A stretch of DNA of 64,000 bases, taken from assembly GCA_051362555.1 (NCBI GenBank), contig CM120645.1, positions 7,936,001 to 8,000,000 of the forward strand, read 5' to 3'. Below, in pieces: positions 51,274-63,920 of this stretch (within the stretch, counting starts at the first letter, position 1; each line of letters begins with the position of its first letter). Below the pieces are notes generated by a model. The model did no database searches and was not told where the DNA came from. It saw only the letters and a list, made by a program, of their open reading frames with translations. The translations under genes were made by a program, and so were the position numbers. This DNA comes from Lingula anatina. Taxonomy: Eukaryota > Animalia > Brachiopoda.

Positions 51274-53312
51274 CTCTCCTTGCTGTGGCAAATATATTTT
51301 TGGATAACGACAAATGAAGTCTTCCTATATATCTTGCCTTGTCATTTTATTGTAAGATTTGTCGGGAGTTAAAACAAACAAGTATTTATATGTAAGTCAA
51401 AGTGAAATGACGAAGTTCCAGATTGTCCTGGCAGACGAATTTCGGTCAAAACGAGACTCTCAGTACCCAAAGTTGGCTGTCGCATTGTTATAGCTCCATT
51501 CACAACAAAGGCATAGTCTACAGGTAGGGCCTACAGGCAGAGTGTGGATGGTTGGTTCGATCGTGGGTTAAGGTTGTTTTTTCAAAAACCACAGGAACAC
51601 AGAAAGCAAAGGAAACAAGCACAGGAAGCAAGGGGGGTAGGGGGGCAAAACCACATCCCACCCACGCCCGGGGAGGGGTCTGGCGACCGCGCCCCACTAC
51701 CAATCGGCAATCCTCGGCTCATTCCGCAAGCTCCATACTAAATATTGTCGAGTGCGGAGACATCCGAGTAGTTCCGAGTGCCCCACTACCATAGAAATGT
51801 CCGGTGTGGTGGTGTAGTAGTGCCTAGAGATGGGATTTTTTTCTTGGAGAGATCCGGAAGCTGTAGCACTGCATTGCGCTTTTGATGAAGAATGTTATTC
51901 AGCTGCTGAATAACAAAAGTTGAGAAATGATATAAAATTCAGTAAACGTACGATAACCTCAATAATGAAAAAAATATACACGGTGGCTGGTTGTCATGGC
52001 AACTGGCCTCATCAGCATTCTATGAAATACGCAACTACTACTTTATTTTTAAATTAAATTTGTAAAATACCAAAACAACAATTTGCATCCACCGAAGTTA
52101 AATTTGTCTTAATCTTTCTTCATTTGGAGGTTTTTGCCAAAATTTTTATTCTTTCTTTTCACAATATCTACACAGATTAAAATTGAAGTAAAACGAACCC
52201 CCCAATGTACATGATATTTTTACAATATCTTTCCTGATTGAAATTAAAATAAACATGAAAGTTATACAATATTTCCCGGGATAGCTACACTAAAACATCT
52301 CCAACAAATAACTAAAGTAAAACAAAAAAAGTGTGTAAAAACCGCACAATTAAGATGCAGCAATAGTAGGATTATATGCACCAAATATTCTGAAAAACAG
52401 ACGTCACAACTTTTTCAAAGGAACTTGGTCAGTGGATAATTAACTTAAAGTCCGTTTTTCTTTTATTTTAGCGTAAATAAATACAATAATATTCTTTGTA
52501 TCTTTGGCGAAAAAACATAAACAATTTTAAGACAAAAAATGCACTACACACACCCATACACACACGTTGATTTGTTTGATGTTTCCAACAAAATGAAATT
52601 TTTTAATTTGCCTAAAAGCACTTTTGGAAAATTAATGTACCAGCCCAATAATTTGTAAATTTCATCGAAGTAAATAGAACGTGCTGGCAACGTTTCTAAG
52701 ATCAATGATCAATGATCAATGATAATTTATAATATTTTCAAATATACCAAAACGCTGGATATCTAGGGGCATATGGCCCTATTTTTACATTTTTAAGTTT
52801 CATCTAAATATTATTGACTAACGTTCAAAAGTTTCCAGAGAGACATTTTCCACGTGTTCAAAGGTCATTTTTATATCATAACCATAATGTTTTTGTTAGT
52901 AATAAAAATGTTTTCAAAGCAATATTATAATGTTATTCAAGAATGTTATAAAAAATATGTGAAACGCTTTTTTAGTCTTCTCTTCAGCGTTTCTTTACGT
53001 TATCATAACGTATCCTGTGTTAGTTATAAAAACATTTTCAACACCTTATTATAATGTTATTCCAGAACGTTTTAAAATATTTTTTAAAAACCCACAAGTA
53101 AACGACATTGTAACGTTTTATAAAAACGTTTTTAATCTTTTCAACAACGTTATTAGAACGTTACCTTAACCTTTTTTTATCAGCTGGGACATTCTTTTTG
53201 TTGCACAAATACACAAATAAGGTTAGCATAACTTAATCATAATGTAATTTTGTACCATTGTAATTTTGTACCATTACCATAATGAAACTAATTGATAATC
53301 TTATGAAAATGT

Positions 53313-53326
53313 CAAGGCCGTAGCCT

Positions 53327-53365
<39 letters not shown>

Positions 53366-53883
53366 GGGGGGCAGCTGCCCCCTGGGATTTGAGGTGCAAA
53401 AAAAAAAAAATAATAATAATAATAATCGCAAAGGTGAAAAAAAATAACTGCATAGTTGGTATCAATTCTGTGAGAAAATGCACTCATGGCCACTGGACAA
53501 TCATTCAACAATCTGTTTACAAAGGTGCACTGTTTAGCCTAATTAGCGTGTTGTGTTCAAAAAATGACTGTACTTATGGCAAAATGAACCCACAATTTCT
53601 GACTTCTGATTGAGCAATAAATAACAGTTAAAATGCACCAGAATGAAGTATTATACATACAGTTTTTAAAAATTTTCCACACCGTGCGAGGGGGACACCC
53701 CCTCCCACACCCTTTTTAAAAACCCACAAGTAAATGACATTGTAACGTTTTATAAAAACGATTTTAATCTTTTCAACAACGTTATTAGAACGTTACCTTA
53801 ACCTTCGCTTCGCCCCCTCGTGTCCGCTTACTGCCCCCTCCCCCCCCCCCCCCCCTGGCATTTTGCTCAGGCTACGGCCCCTG
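53313..53883. mobile_element. MITE with CA(A/G)GGCCGTAGCC-type TIRs and poly-G/poly-C subterminal tracts
   Basis: Ends CAAGGCCGTAGCCT / AGGCTACGGCCCCTG; AATGT duplicated at 53308-53312 and 53884-53888. Confidence 0.75.
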
Positions 53884-54735
53884 AATGTTATTTGTTAGCT
53901 GGGTTAGGCATACTTCAGACAAACTGTTATATAAAATGATTTAGATTTAGATATCGTCTTTGAAATCAGAATTGGAAAAATTAGTATGACAAACTTTGCT
54001 GGATGAAAAAAATGACTAAGGGACATTTTCTAATGTGTGCAGAATACCTTAAAATATCATAATATCATCAAATAATTAGGTTAACTATGAGATAAGACAA
54101 CCTCTATGTCTTTTTATCCCAAACACATCTACATCCCTAAGATAGGTTGGTGGTGTAAAATGAACCATTTTGGTGCTGAGGAGTAATTGTTTAATTAAAT
54201 AGAAAAGAGAAAAACTATTTGAATACCAGTTTTATTTTCAGGTCTTCGTAATCACTTCCCAGATTAAAATTGAAGAACCCTCCATTAACATGATATTTTA
54301 ATATCTTCCCAGATTATTACATGTACACAGATGTATCCCAAAGCGTATCATTAAATTAAAGGAAACCCCAACAAAATTTACACTTACATTTTCTTCGATA
54401 ACTACATTAATTGAAAAAGCCAAAAACACACAATTTAAACAAATAACATCCTTGATTAATATGGATTTTTTTAAACAATGTCTTCCCAGATTACTACACT
54501 AAAACACCCCACAGTTAGAGAAAAAAATCCCCATGAATTTTCAATAGCCTTTCTGTGCCAGTGTATCTGCAAACTACACAAGTAAAATGCATAGTTTATG
54601 CACCAAGTATTCTAATAATCCCACTTGTTTGAAGTATTCCCAATAAATTAAAATTATAAAATTAAACCCAACTTAAACAGTCCGGTAGATTTTCTAAGTT
54701 CTTGGCTGTAAACCTCCATTGTTCTAAATTTTCTT

Positions 54736-56299
54736 TTATGGGTATGTTTCAGTCGTGGTGCAACTGAAATGAACAAAGTAAAACTTGTATTTGAAAGAAA
54801 ATATGGATTCAAAATATGATACAAACATTCGATGGTCAGAAATAGACATCATATCGGAAATTTTGTTTCTGCTAACATGCTGTCTTACTGCCTATATAAA
54901 AAATTAATAAGTCTTGAAGGAAACATGAATATTTTCAAAAAACAATTTGCTAGTATCATCCTTGTATCGATATTTAAAATATATTCAAATCAAAATTAAA
55001 ACAGTATTGCCTGCAAGTATGCTTCCCTAAGCAACCCTAGGGCCACTCTCAAAGGAAAAACTTAATGGTAACGTTGAAATATCTAACCAAAGCTAGGTTT
55101 TCAGTTTATGCAACGAGGCATGTAAGTGATTCAAGACGGATTTAAGTGAACAGAGGGGATAGCCAAGCAATGTACCCGTACATGTACATACACACATGTA
55201 ATGTGCCGTAGAAGCAAAATTTACACCTGAAGCGAGTACAGATTCCCTGTAATACATATTATCCACTTTAACTAGTTTCTTATACTACTCAAATAAAGTC
55301 GCCATGTCAAAAGAAAATAATAAATTAATCATTTGGTCAGTCCCCCCCCCCCCACACCTGCCCAAAAAATAGCCATAACACTGCCCCTTTTTCAAATTTG
55401 TGGTCAGAAACTTGGCCTATTCATCTCCATAGCCCTGGTTCACAAGACCGCCAAATGACGCGGTAATATGTAGCTACCAACTGAATAGATCTAAATATCT
55501 AAATGAGAGGGGGAAATGACCGAGGGTTATATACATAGCACCGAAAGAAAACAAAATGTCTCAGGTATGAGACCATGATCTTCGGCATTCTTTGGGCTTT
55601 GCTATTTGAAACAATACGGTGGCATTTGATCAAATTTAATGGCAGAGATTTGACTGCGTATATAACTAAAATATTTAGTTATATAGTCAAATGCACTGTG
55701 GTGGTACAGAGGGAAAAATAAAATTACCTGCCGTCATTAACAAAGCAATCTGCAGGAGGGCCTCCAGAACAGGGGTTATTATCGTCAGCAGGGTCACCGT
55801 TGAAATTTCCACACAACGCATTTAGTAGTCCAGCATATGCATCTGTTGTAAAGAGAAACATGTTTAAATACAACTGAACAACAATGACCTATTCAGGTGA
55901 TTTTACAATACTGACACAAACAATTATTATCCTTTCGTATCTATTCTCTCACATGGTTTTGATGCAGGAACTATGAAAATGGGGTCCTTCAGTCAATCTG
56001 AATGCAATAAATGGATAAAAAGACTCACATGGGACCTTTGAACAAATGAATTATCTTAAACAGTCTTTTTAAAAGAGGAACTAATTAAAAGTTCTGGGTA
56101 GTTCAAACGAACACATTGGCTTCTTATGAGGCCCATGAATGAGCCCTCAGGTGATATTGCAAATTGTCCGGACACTTTAAGCATTTATTGTTTTGTTTTT
56201 TATCTGGCGGTATCTTATGTACATTTCCAATCACCTTACAGTTGCCAGATTGGTTTACCCATTTTTACACATCTCTGCCCCCCACCCCCACCCCGTCTC

Positions 56300-56347
<48 letters not shown>

Positions 56348-57582
56348 AGCGGCTGCATGGTTGCCATTTTACCTGGAACAGATATTATGGCCATATGTCC
56401 TTTACGCCTTAATCTCCCAACAGGGGTGGTGAGTTCAACTTTCACAACACCAGGCACATCTACAACAGTCCTTGGAAAGCCGGATGAGTCAAGAGACAAA
56501 ATCACTCCGCTGCCTATGTTTTGTGGATGGATTGTTGCAGTGACGACCACATTGTTAACCTGGAGTGGAAAGACAATAAATAAGGACCCATTAACCTTTC
56601 AGTTTGTTATAACACATTCAGTAATGTTTCTTTCAACCTATAATGGTATATTTTATGGCCAATTTATGGTCGAACCGACGTGTATTATATATGCGATGTA
56701 TTGATACTTGAGATTTTCATAATGGCTAGATTAGCACCGTTTGCACTACAAAGAGGCAATTCAAGGCATATATATATATATATTACTTTGTTATATATAA
56801 TACTATATATATATATATAGTATTATATATACTATATATATATACTATATATATATATATATATGATTTGTACTTTGCTTGAGCTGGCATGTGCTAACAA
56901 GGTTTCAAAATGAATTTAAAATATTTCCATTTGCATTCCTTCACTGATAACAATAGGTCTTTAGCAGCTAGATGACTTCATAGTTCTTTTGATTACTGAA
57001 GAGCAAGCTAGCTGCAAAAGGCCTATTGGTTAAACCCATTCACACGCACCTTCACTATTCCATCTGTAGTCACCTCAACGGTCATATTGCCCAGACTTAT
57101 CAAAACCTGCTGGATCATGGTCCTAGTACTGCCGGGCTTATTATAGTCGAATCTACCAGTTATGCTGAACTGCTCGGGGGCTCCTGGCAGAGTTTCTGAC
57201 AGCCTATGTGTACAGAACCCGCTGAAAAGGAAGCGTCTTCCATCGTATTGTTGAAAATGGGGGTCCCCTCTGACTGTACACTGACCCGCTGAAAATTGTA
57301 AAATTATGTTTATTAATAAAGACCTCTTTAAGAATTTTAGGCATTCAATTGGTCAGTTACGCTGGTTTATTCTGTACAGATCCAGAGCGCATGTGCTTTA
57401 CTGGCATCCATTGTTTAGCTTTAATTCACTGTTAATTGGTTTGATTTATAAAAATAATTTCTGCATAATTTGCAAGGATAAAAGAAAGTTGGAAATTTCT
57501 TTATTACATGTATATCGAAATTGGGATGGAAAGTAAAATAGGTCGTTTTTTTTTTTAGTTTACTGTCCACTGTCTTTCTGTC

Positions 57583-57642
<60 letters not shown>

Positions 57643-60528
57643 GGATATTAGGTCATCACATAATTTGGAAGTTTTTCACAGCTCATATTGTCTGTCAGTT
57701 TTCCAATAAAAATCACCGGTCGTTTCTTACTGTTTTCAGATAAATGTCCCCGATTTTGTCTTGTAGTAACATTGCGTGTAAATATTAAAAATTACAAATA
57801 CTTTTTAAACTTATAAAAAGGGACGTCTTGGTTGTATGCCAAATATTGCACGTTTCAATATTTAAGCGACAAAAGGCAAACGTTACCATATATTGGAACT
57901 ATTCTGCAGCCCTATGGCCCCTTGGTATTAGTTTCATATTTCTGCATTAAACATAACTGCTTCAACCTTGATCTTGTACCCACCCTCCAAGCCTCCTAAA
58001 TATTTTAATAGCATTCCTGCCACAATGGCGCCACTATTCATCATAAATTCATTACCATACGCACCACAATTTTCTGCTACTGTATACCCAGTAGCTGAAA
58101 ATTGTGGTGCGTATGGTAATAAATTTATAAATTTATCTGACCTTAAATGCTCTAGCAAACGGTGGACCATAAAAAGGAACCCCTTGGTTGTATGCCAAAT
58201 ATTGCACGTTTCAAGCGGCATTTCTGTATCGCTCACACCGCAAATAGTATAAAAAATAATCTCTTGAAAAACTGCAGTGTGTAGTACACGTAAAAAATTA
58301 GGGTATAGATAAAGTACGAGGCGCTGAGCTTTACGAGAAATAGAGCAGATAATTGGCGAGGCGAAGCACGATTAATTAACCCTGTGAACTGGTGCGTGGA
58401 ACGCATTCGTGGATGACGTGACTTTACACGAAATAAAGCACGGCGCGACCTAATGTCTTTTGACAGGAGAGTGCTTTAAATTAGATTTAGTATTTGAGGA
58501 ATCTTTATCTTTTGTGCCCACATTTGAACATGAAAGGGTATACTGCAAGTTAAGAATCTTAAACTACAATATATACGGCAATGTCATTATTGGCCTGCAG
58601 GCCTGGCCAACAGTTGAATAAGTCAAATAAGAAAGCCAAATACTTTTTAATATAGTACCAGTAGTTCGTCAAATTTTGTGCCTTTTATTATAATAAATGC
58701 CAAGGCAGTAACGAGGCAGCAAAGCTGTCAAATGTAAAGACAGAAAGCAGAAAATAAAGATGCAGAAAATAGGTCATTTTGTCAATATTGATTCAATAAT
58801 AAATAATGCTTATAACAGCACAGTCAATTGCAATCAACGCTAAAATTTAGTTATGCAGCATGGTCAATAAGATTATAGTTTCAGGACCATGAGAGTTCAA
58901 ATTCACATAATGAAAATCCCTATATGTGATGACAGTGCAAAACATAATATTACCAATACTATTGCTGACGTGGAAATACAGAAAATGCACAGAGATTCAG
59001 GTGGATGGCAGTTAAAAGTCACATCTTGAAGATACCAGTGTTTGAAAAAAATCGAAAGAAAACATAACAAAAAATTCAATAAAGCTGCTATTCAAAATTT
59101 TAAACTAGCTGTATTAGCATGATATGAATAACCCCATTGAGTTTGAAGATAATAAGGCACTGTTATTCATCTATAGCATTAATGTTTCATTACACAAAAT
59201 AATATTTTTCTTCTGTAAACTTACTTGCAATATTGAATAACATTTACATGTATAACTATCACTGATTCCCAATAATATGATACTGTTAATTTAGACTTTA
59301 ACAAACTGGCAGAAAGCTAAAGAGGAAAATCTCAACATGTGTGTTTTATGTAATCTCTTTTAATGGCCACTTGAAACTTAATTAGGCAAGTGACTTAACA
59401 GCTCTGAATTTAGCTAGTGATTACCCAAGGGACAATTACATACTGTTCATCATCCATACAGCATCATACAGCACTCTGTGAAAAAATGAACATTTCATAT
59501 AGGACTGCATTGCTTCCAAAACAGAAAACAATCACACTGATTTTCCAACACAAGCTGCACTTCAGTCCTATGAATCTCTTCGGTAAGTTTGAGTATCATA
59601 AGAAACATGGTTTTCCCTTAATGGCCATCCTGGCAGCAGTGTCCAAAATAGGGTTTTTCTTGAACTTTTATCAAATATTACATAATGTTTAACAGCATAA
59701 TGACCATCAATTTTTAATAATAAAATAAAAGTATCATGGATATTCAGAAAATATGACTAGCAAAGGTCTTCAGGCCCATGGAAATTCAAAGTCACACCTT
59801 GAAAATGTTGATATGTGAAAATTTTAATTTTAACAAAAAACTATATTATTTCCAGAAAAGTTAATCGATAAGACAGGTTTTCCATCTGAAGTCGTATTTT
59901 AGTCCTATGTTACTTTTCTGTAAGTGTGAGACCATTCCCACAGATATTTGGATCGATCTATCTCACTAGGGAGTCTCTTTCTGAAAAGAGAGAAATTACT
60001 TTAAAAAAATGACCCGATCATGATGATTTTCGAGCTTGACCTGCGTATTATGAATATTCATCAGTTCTGTAAGTCTCAAGCCAAAAGGTAAAATGGTTTT
60101 CCACTTATCGTGCTACAAAAATAAATAAATAAATAAATTAAAAAAATAAAAAAATTTAAAAAAAACGGCATTACTTTAAAGAAAATGGTCCGATCGAGCT
60201 GATTTTTTAACTCGACCTGCGTATTATAAATATTCATCAGTTCTGTAAGTTTCAGGCTAAAAGGTAAGATGGTTTTCCACTTATCGTGTTGTCGGTGAAA
60301 GTGCACGACAGCGACGACAGACGCAGGTGACGGCTACACTGTAAAAACAGTGTTTAGCTCTGAGACACATTTCTAAGCGCCTGTTTTGTCTCATTTTTTC
60401 CACGCGTTTAGCACCTAAGCACGTTTAGCCTATTAACACGTTACACGCTTTGACGTGCTTGACGCCTAATAAATGTAGGGTGTATTTGTTTAACTTTAAG
60501 GTTGTAACGTTTTCAACTGTTTCAGTCA

Positions 60529-60559
<31 letters not shown>

Positions 60560-62506
60560 CCTTTGACTGCTATAGCTATCTCTATCTATAACAGGGTACC
60601 GTGAACTGTCAACATAGTTGATTCACACGCCATCTTTACAGCGGGACTTATTCATCCTTGTGTTAGCTGACCTTGCGAGGAAGTTAATTGGAAAATTTTT
60701 TCTGAAAAAACAAGTTAGGAAAATTCACTAGTTTACTAAAGACACAAAACAACTATCACTTTTACTTTAAAACATTTTTTTTCATATTTTGATAAAATGT
60801 GTTAAGGTATTGATGTTCATTTATTTTTTCCGAAAGTAATGAACAATAGAACATCAGGATGATGGTGGGGTATTCATTATAATGGTTTATTTAAGCTTTC
60901 ATCACATGCTGGTTACTTTGGTAACTATAGTCCGAATATATTTCAAATCGCACCGCTCTAGTCGCCGACTAACCCAAGCCCATTTCGGAATTAACCGCTA
61001 ACTGTAGTTCATACAGCATAACGTGTTTTGGTGATTAATAAAAAAAAGTTTTCAAAACATTAAATATGTTTTTCCAGAATGTTATAAAACGCTTATAAAA
61101 CTGCAAGGGCATCATTTTGCATGGAGTTAAAAACACCCATAACGTTACCATGACGTTATTCTATACCATCACCATCATGTTACCAGCTGACAACGTCGTG
61201 AAAACGTTATTTGTTATTTGGATTATTACTTAATAGGCCTATTTTAAATAATCACACGTTACTGCAAGGAAGGACACAACGCGTTCGAGCAGGCTGCTTC
61301 TCGCCTCCAACAGCCCCATATGTTTACAAGGGGAAGTGTTAAGCAAAATTGTTGAGTCTTGTAATAAACTTGTTATGGGATCGTATATATATGGGATTGT
61401 GAAGCATCTTTTTCTGTGACGAGCTTGAAAAGCTAAACATGTTGTTTAGCAGCTCCACGCGTTAAGGAATTCTACACCTATAGCAGCTCCATATGTTTAG
61501 CAGCCTCACGCGCTTAGCAGGGGAAGTGCTTAGCCAATGTGCTTAGCTTGTGATAGACTTGTTATAGAATCATATGCCGGTGAAGCTAAACACATATCTA
61601 AACGTGTAACAATGCCAACGTGTCTAGCTTTTTCTTCTGTGAAACGTTTGAAAAGCTGTACGCGTTTAGCATTTACACAGATTTCTAAATGCGTATAGGT
61701 GCCTAACGTATGTTGTATGTATTTAAATGCTAAACACTGTTTTTACAGTGTATATGTACAGACACATCTGTGTCTGTGCATAAAAAAGGCTAAACCAATT
61801 TTTTCAGTCGAAACTAAAGAGGGTTATTTGTATGTCTAAAAAGGAGATTCTGTCTGAAAACGCATTTCGGACAAGCCAACATGGTACTTAAATGGCCATA
61901 ATGTTGTGATCAGATCGTACATTCTCAGACCATAGGCCTACAACAAATTTACCATAAAAGTAATTTGATATTTCTTATCTTTTAATATAAATTATCAATA
62001 AAAATCAAAGCCAAGGAAAATCAACGATTTGACGATTTATACTATTTTAATTTGATAATTGTTTTTGTAAATGACTGGTCACTTCATAAAAAAGGAGATT
62101 TTGCATCATGGCCTAGTATCCAGCAGTATTTTCTGAAATTGCAAGATGTGCGGGCTAGCTACCATCTTGCATTAAGAAAATTGAAAACGAAAAAAGCGAC
62201 GTTAGGTTAGCTTCGGATTAACTTTTTAAAGTAGTTTTATCGTTTGTAAGGTCTAAATAGTGAAATATAAGAAGCTTTACAGGATAAATACAGTATATGA
62301 CCGCGGGTCATTTTTAAACACGTGCATATTACAAATTTTAAAACGCAAATTGCCTTCAATTTTCAAATTTATATTTTATTCATTATTCCGCGACTTTACA
62401 TTTACTTAAATTTCCGACACAAAGCATAAGGAAAAAATAAGTACTCACCGGTTTGGTCAAATTGTTGAGAGAGAAGCAAAACAAATGCAACAGCTATTGG
62501 CAGCAT
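54736..62506 (-). CDS. Small secreted protein with a single von Willebrand factor type D (VWD) domain, 208 aa
   Basis: Exons 62506-62449, 57288-57050, 56559-56373, 55842-55728, 54763-54736 (627 nt, phases consistent). MLPIAVAFVLLLSQQFDQTA-GQCTVRGDPHFQQYDGRRFLFSGFCTHRL...YAGLLNALCGNFNGDPADD...CTTTETYP*; GDPH and LCGNFNGD are VWD hallmarks. Confidence 0.85.
58043..58128. repeat. Near-perfect hairpin, 40-bp stem with 6-nt loop
   Basis: 58043-58082 versus 58089-58128, 2 mismatches. Confidence 0.9.
58710..61783 (+). mobile_element. HINE-like element copy B, interrupted near its 3' end by a TIR element
   Basis: Same 5' start, internal blocks, partial 161-bp units (about 60000-60300), CGA microsatellite and terminal hairpin (61753-61782) as copy A. 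Confidence 0.7.
60337..61750. mobile_element. Non-autonomous CACTG-TIR DNA transposon (EnSpm/CMC-like) nested in HINE-like copy B
   Basis: Perfect 22-bp TIR CACTGTAAAAACAGTGTTTAGC. The TA target duplication is shown by the empty site in copy A (GGC-TA-TATGTACAG at 11496) versus GGC-TA-[element]-TA-TATGTACAG here. Confidence 0.9.
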
Positions 62507-62589
62507 TTTGACACAGAGGAAGATGAGAGATGTCCAACCTTGCTGTCCGGGAGAATGCCACGTTATTATCGTATATTTAACTTATCTGC

Positions 62590-62600
62590 ATTATATACAC
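62590..62600 (-). promoter_or_regulatory. Candidate TATA box of the VWD gene
   Basis: GTATATAA on the minus strand about 85 nt upstream of the ATG at 62506. Confidence 0.35.
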
Positions 62601-63072
62601 TAGAAAACAGTTGAGAATCGACATCGGGCATGCGTTTTTACTTTTTTTTTTTTTTGACTTCCTTGTGATTGGCAGCTGCACCTTGACTTAGAAAAAAACG
62701 CATACACTCCTTAAAAGGCAGTGTAGTCCGAAATCTGTTTCTTTGACAAAGTTCAACCCAGTTTTCAAAGGATTTGTAGCCAGGTAGATATGGCATATCG
62801 AAAGAAATCGCGTGGTTAATTAATTTAATACCCTGTCAAGGCGGGCACGATGCGTAGGTTAATACATCGCAAATATGAATAATAAACAATCGTATCCAAC
62901 CTCTGATTCCCTTTGAACGGGAAATTTTTCAACGCTACATATTTTATTTACTATTAAGTCTCCACTTCTCCTCTATCAGTATTACTTTCCACCAGAGACA
63001 AAATCACATCATAAAGAGACCCTTTTTATTAGGCGACGGAAGATAGTGCGTAAGACTTCGGGAGGTTCTTTT

Positions 63073-63650
63073 TATGTACAGACACAAATGTGTCTGTATA
63101 TATTGCCATCACCTGCGTCTGTCGTCGGCGTCGTAGCCGTCGTCGCCGTCGCTGTTGCCGTCGCCAGCGCCGTGCACTTTCATTGTAAACACGATAAGTG
63201 GAAGGCAGTTTTACTTTTTGGCTTTATATTTAAAGAGCTGATGAATATTCATAAAACGCAGGTCAAGTTCGAAAATCAGCATGATCGGGCCATTATTGAA
63301 GAAGTTATGCTGTTTTTTCACTTTTCAGCATATATGCAACACTGTAAACGCATTTCAAGGAAAACTGATAGGCCTGTTGTCATGAAACTCACAGGAGTAA
63401 TCGATCTTACTAAAACGCAGGTCAAGTCGAAAATCGGCATGATCGGGCCACTATTTTAGTAGTTATGCTTTTTTTTCACTTTTCAGTATATATGCAACAC
63501 TGTAAACACAATATAAGAAAAACAGATAGGCCAGTTGTCATTAAACTCACAAGAGTGGTCAATCCTGCTAAAACGCAGGTTGAATTAAAAAACCAGCATA
63601 ATCGGGCCATTATTTTAGAAGTGATGCTGTTTTTTCACATTTCCTCAGAT
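63073..63650 (-). mobile_element. HINE-like element copy C (3' part, inverted)
   Basis: Hairpin TATGTACAGACACAAATGTGTCTGTATA, (GTCGCC)n microsatellite and reverse-complement diverged 161-bp-family units. Confidence 0.7.
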
Positions 63651-63755
63651 TCAATTCTTAGGCATGTTAACAGTTTCATTATTTAATTAATAAGATACGT
63701 AAAAGTGTTTGTTTGACATTACCTGCATCTTTACAACATTGTTAGTTGATTTTGT

Positions 63756-63920
63756 AACAAGGCAGCAAAGCTGTCAAATGTACAGACAAAAAACAGAAAA
63801 TAAAGATGCAAAAAAGGTCATTTTGTTAATTTTGATGCAATAATAAATAATGCTTATAAAAGCACTATCAGTCAACACTGAATTTTATAATCATGCACAA
63901 CAGGTAAAATGGTCAATAAC
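63756..63920 (+). mobile_element. HINE-like element 5' end, copy D
   Basis: AACAAGGCAGCAAAGCTGTCAAATGTACAGACAAAAA as at 8554. Confidence 0.65.

Larger units (their letters stand above)
45979..52222. repeat. Head-to-tail segmental duplication, two units of about 3.1 kb (45979-49147 and 49148-52222)
   Basis: Both units start TTTATCACAAATTTAATAAGGG and end AACAATTTGCATCCAC...AACGAACCCC..ACATG.TATTTTT; exons, introns and flanks are colinear. Confidence 0.92.

Noticed and set aside
56126-56704. 192-aa plus-strand ORF
   Set aside because: Antisense to a VWD exon and a (GT)n microsatellite.
57934-58252. Overlapping ORFs on both strands with near-identical peptides (PYAPQFSAT..VAENCGAYGN)
   Set aside because: An artefact of the palindrome at 58043-58128.
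63046-63686. 137-aa and 73-aa ORFs, similar to ORFs at 10399-11494 and 60076-60306
   Set aside because: Open frames within the 161-bp satellite family; no transposase or RepHel motifs.
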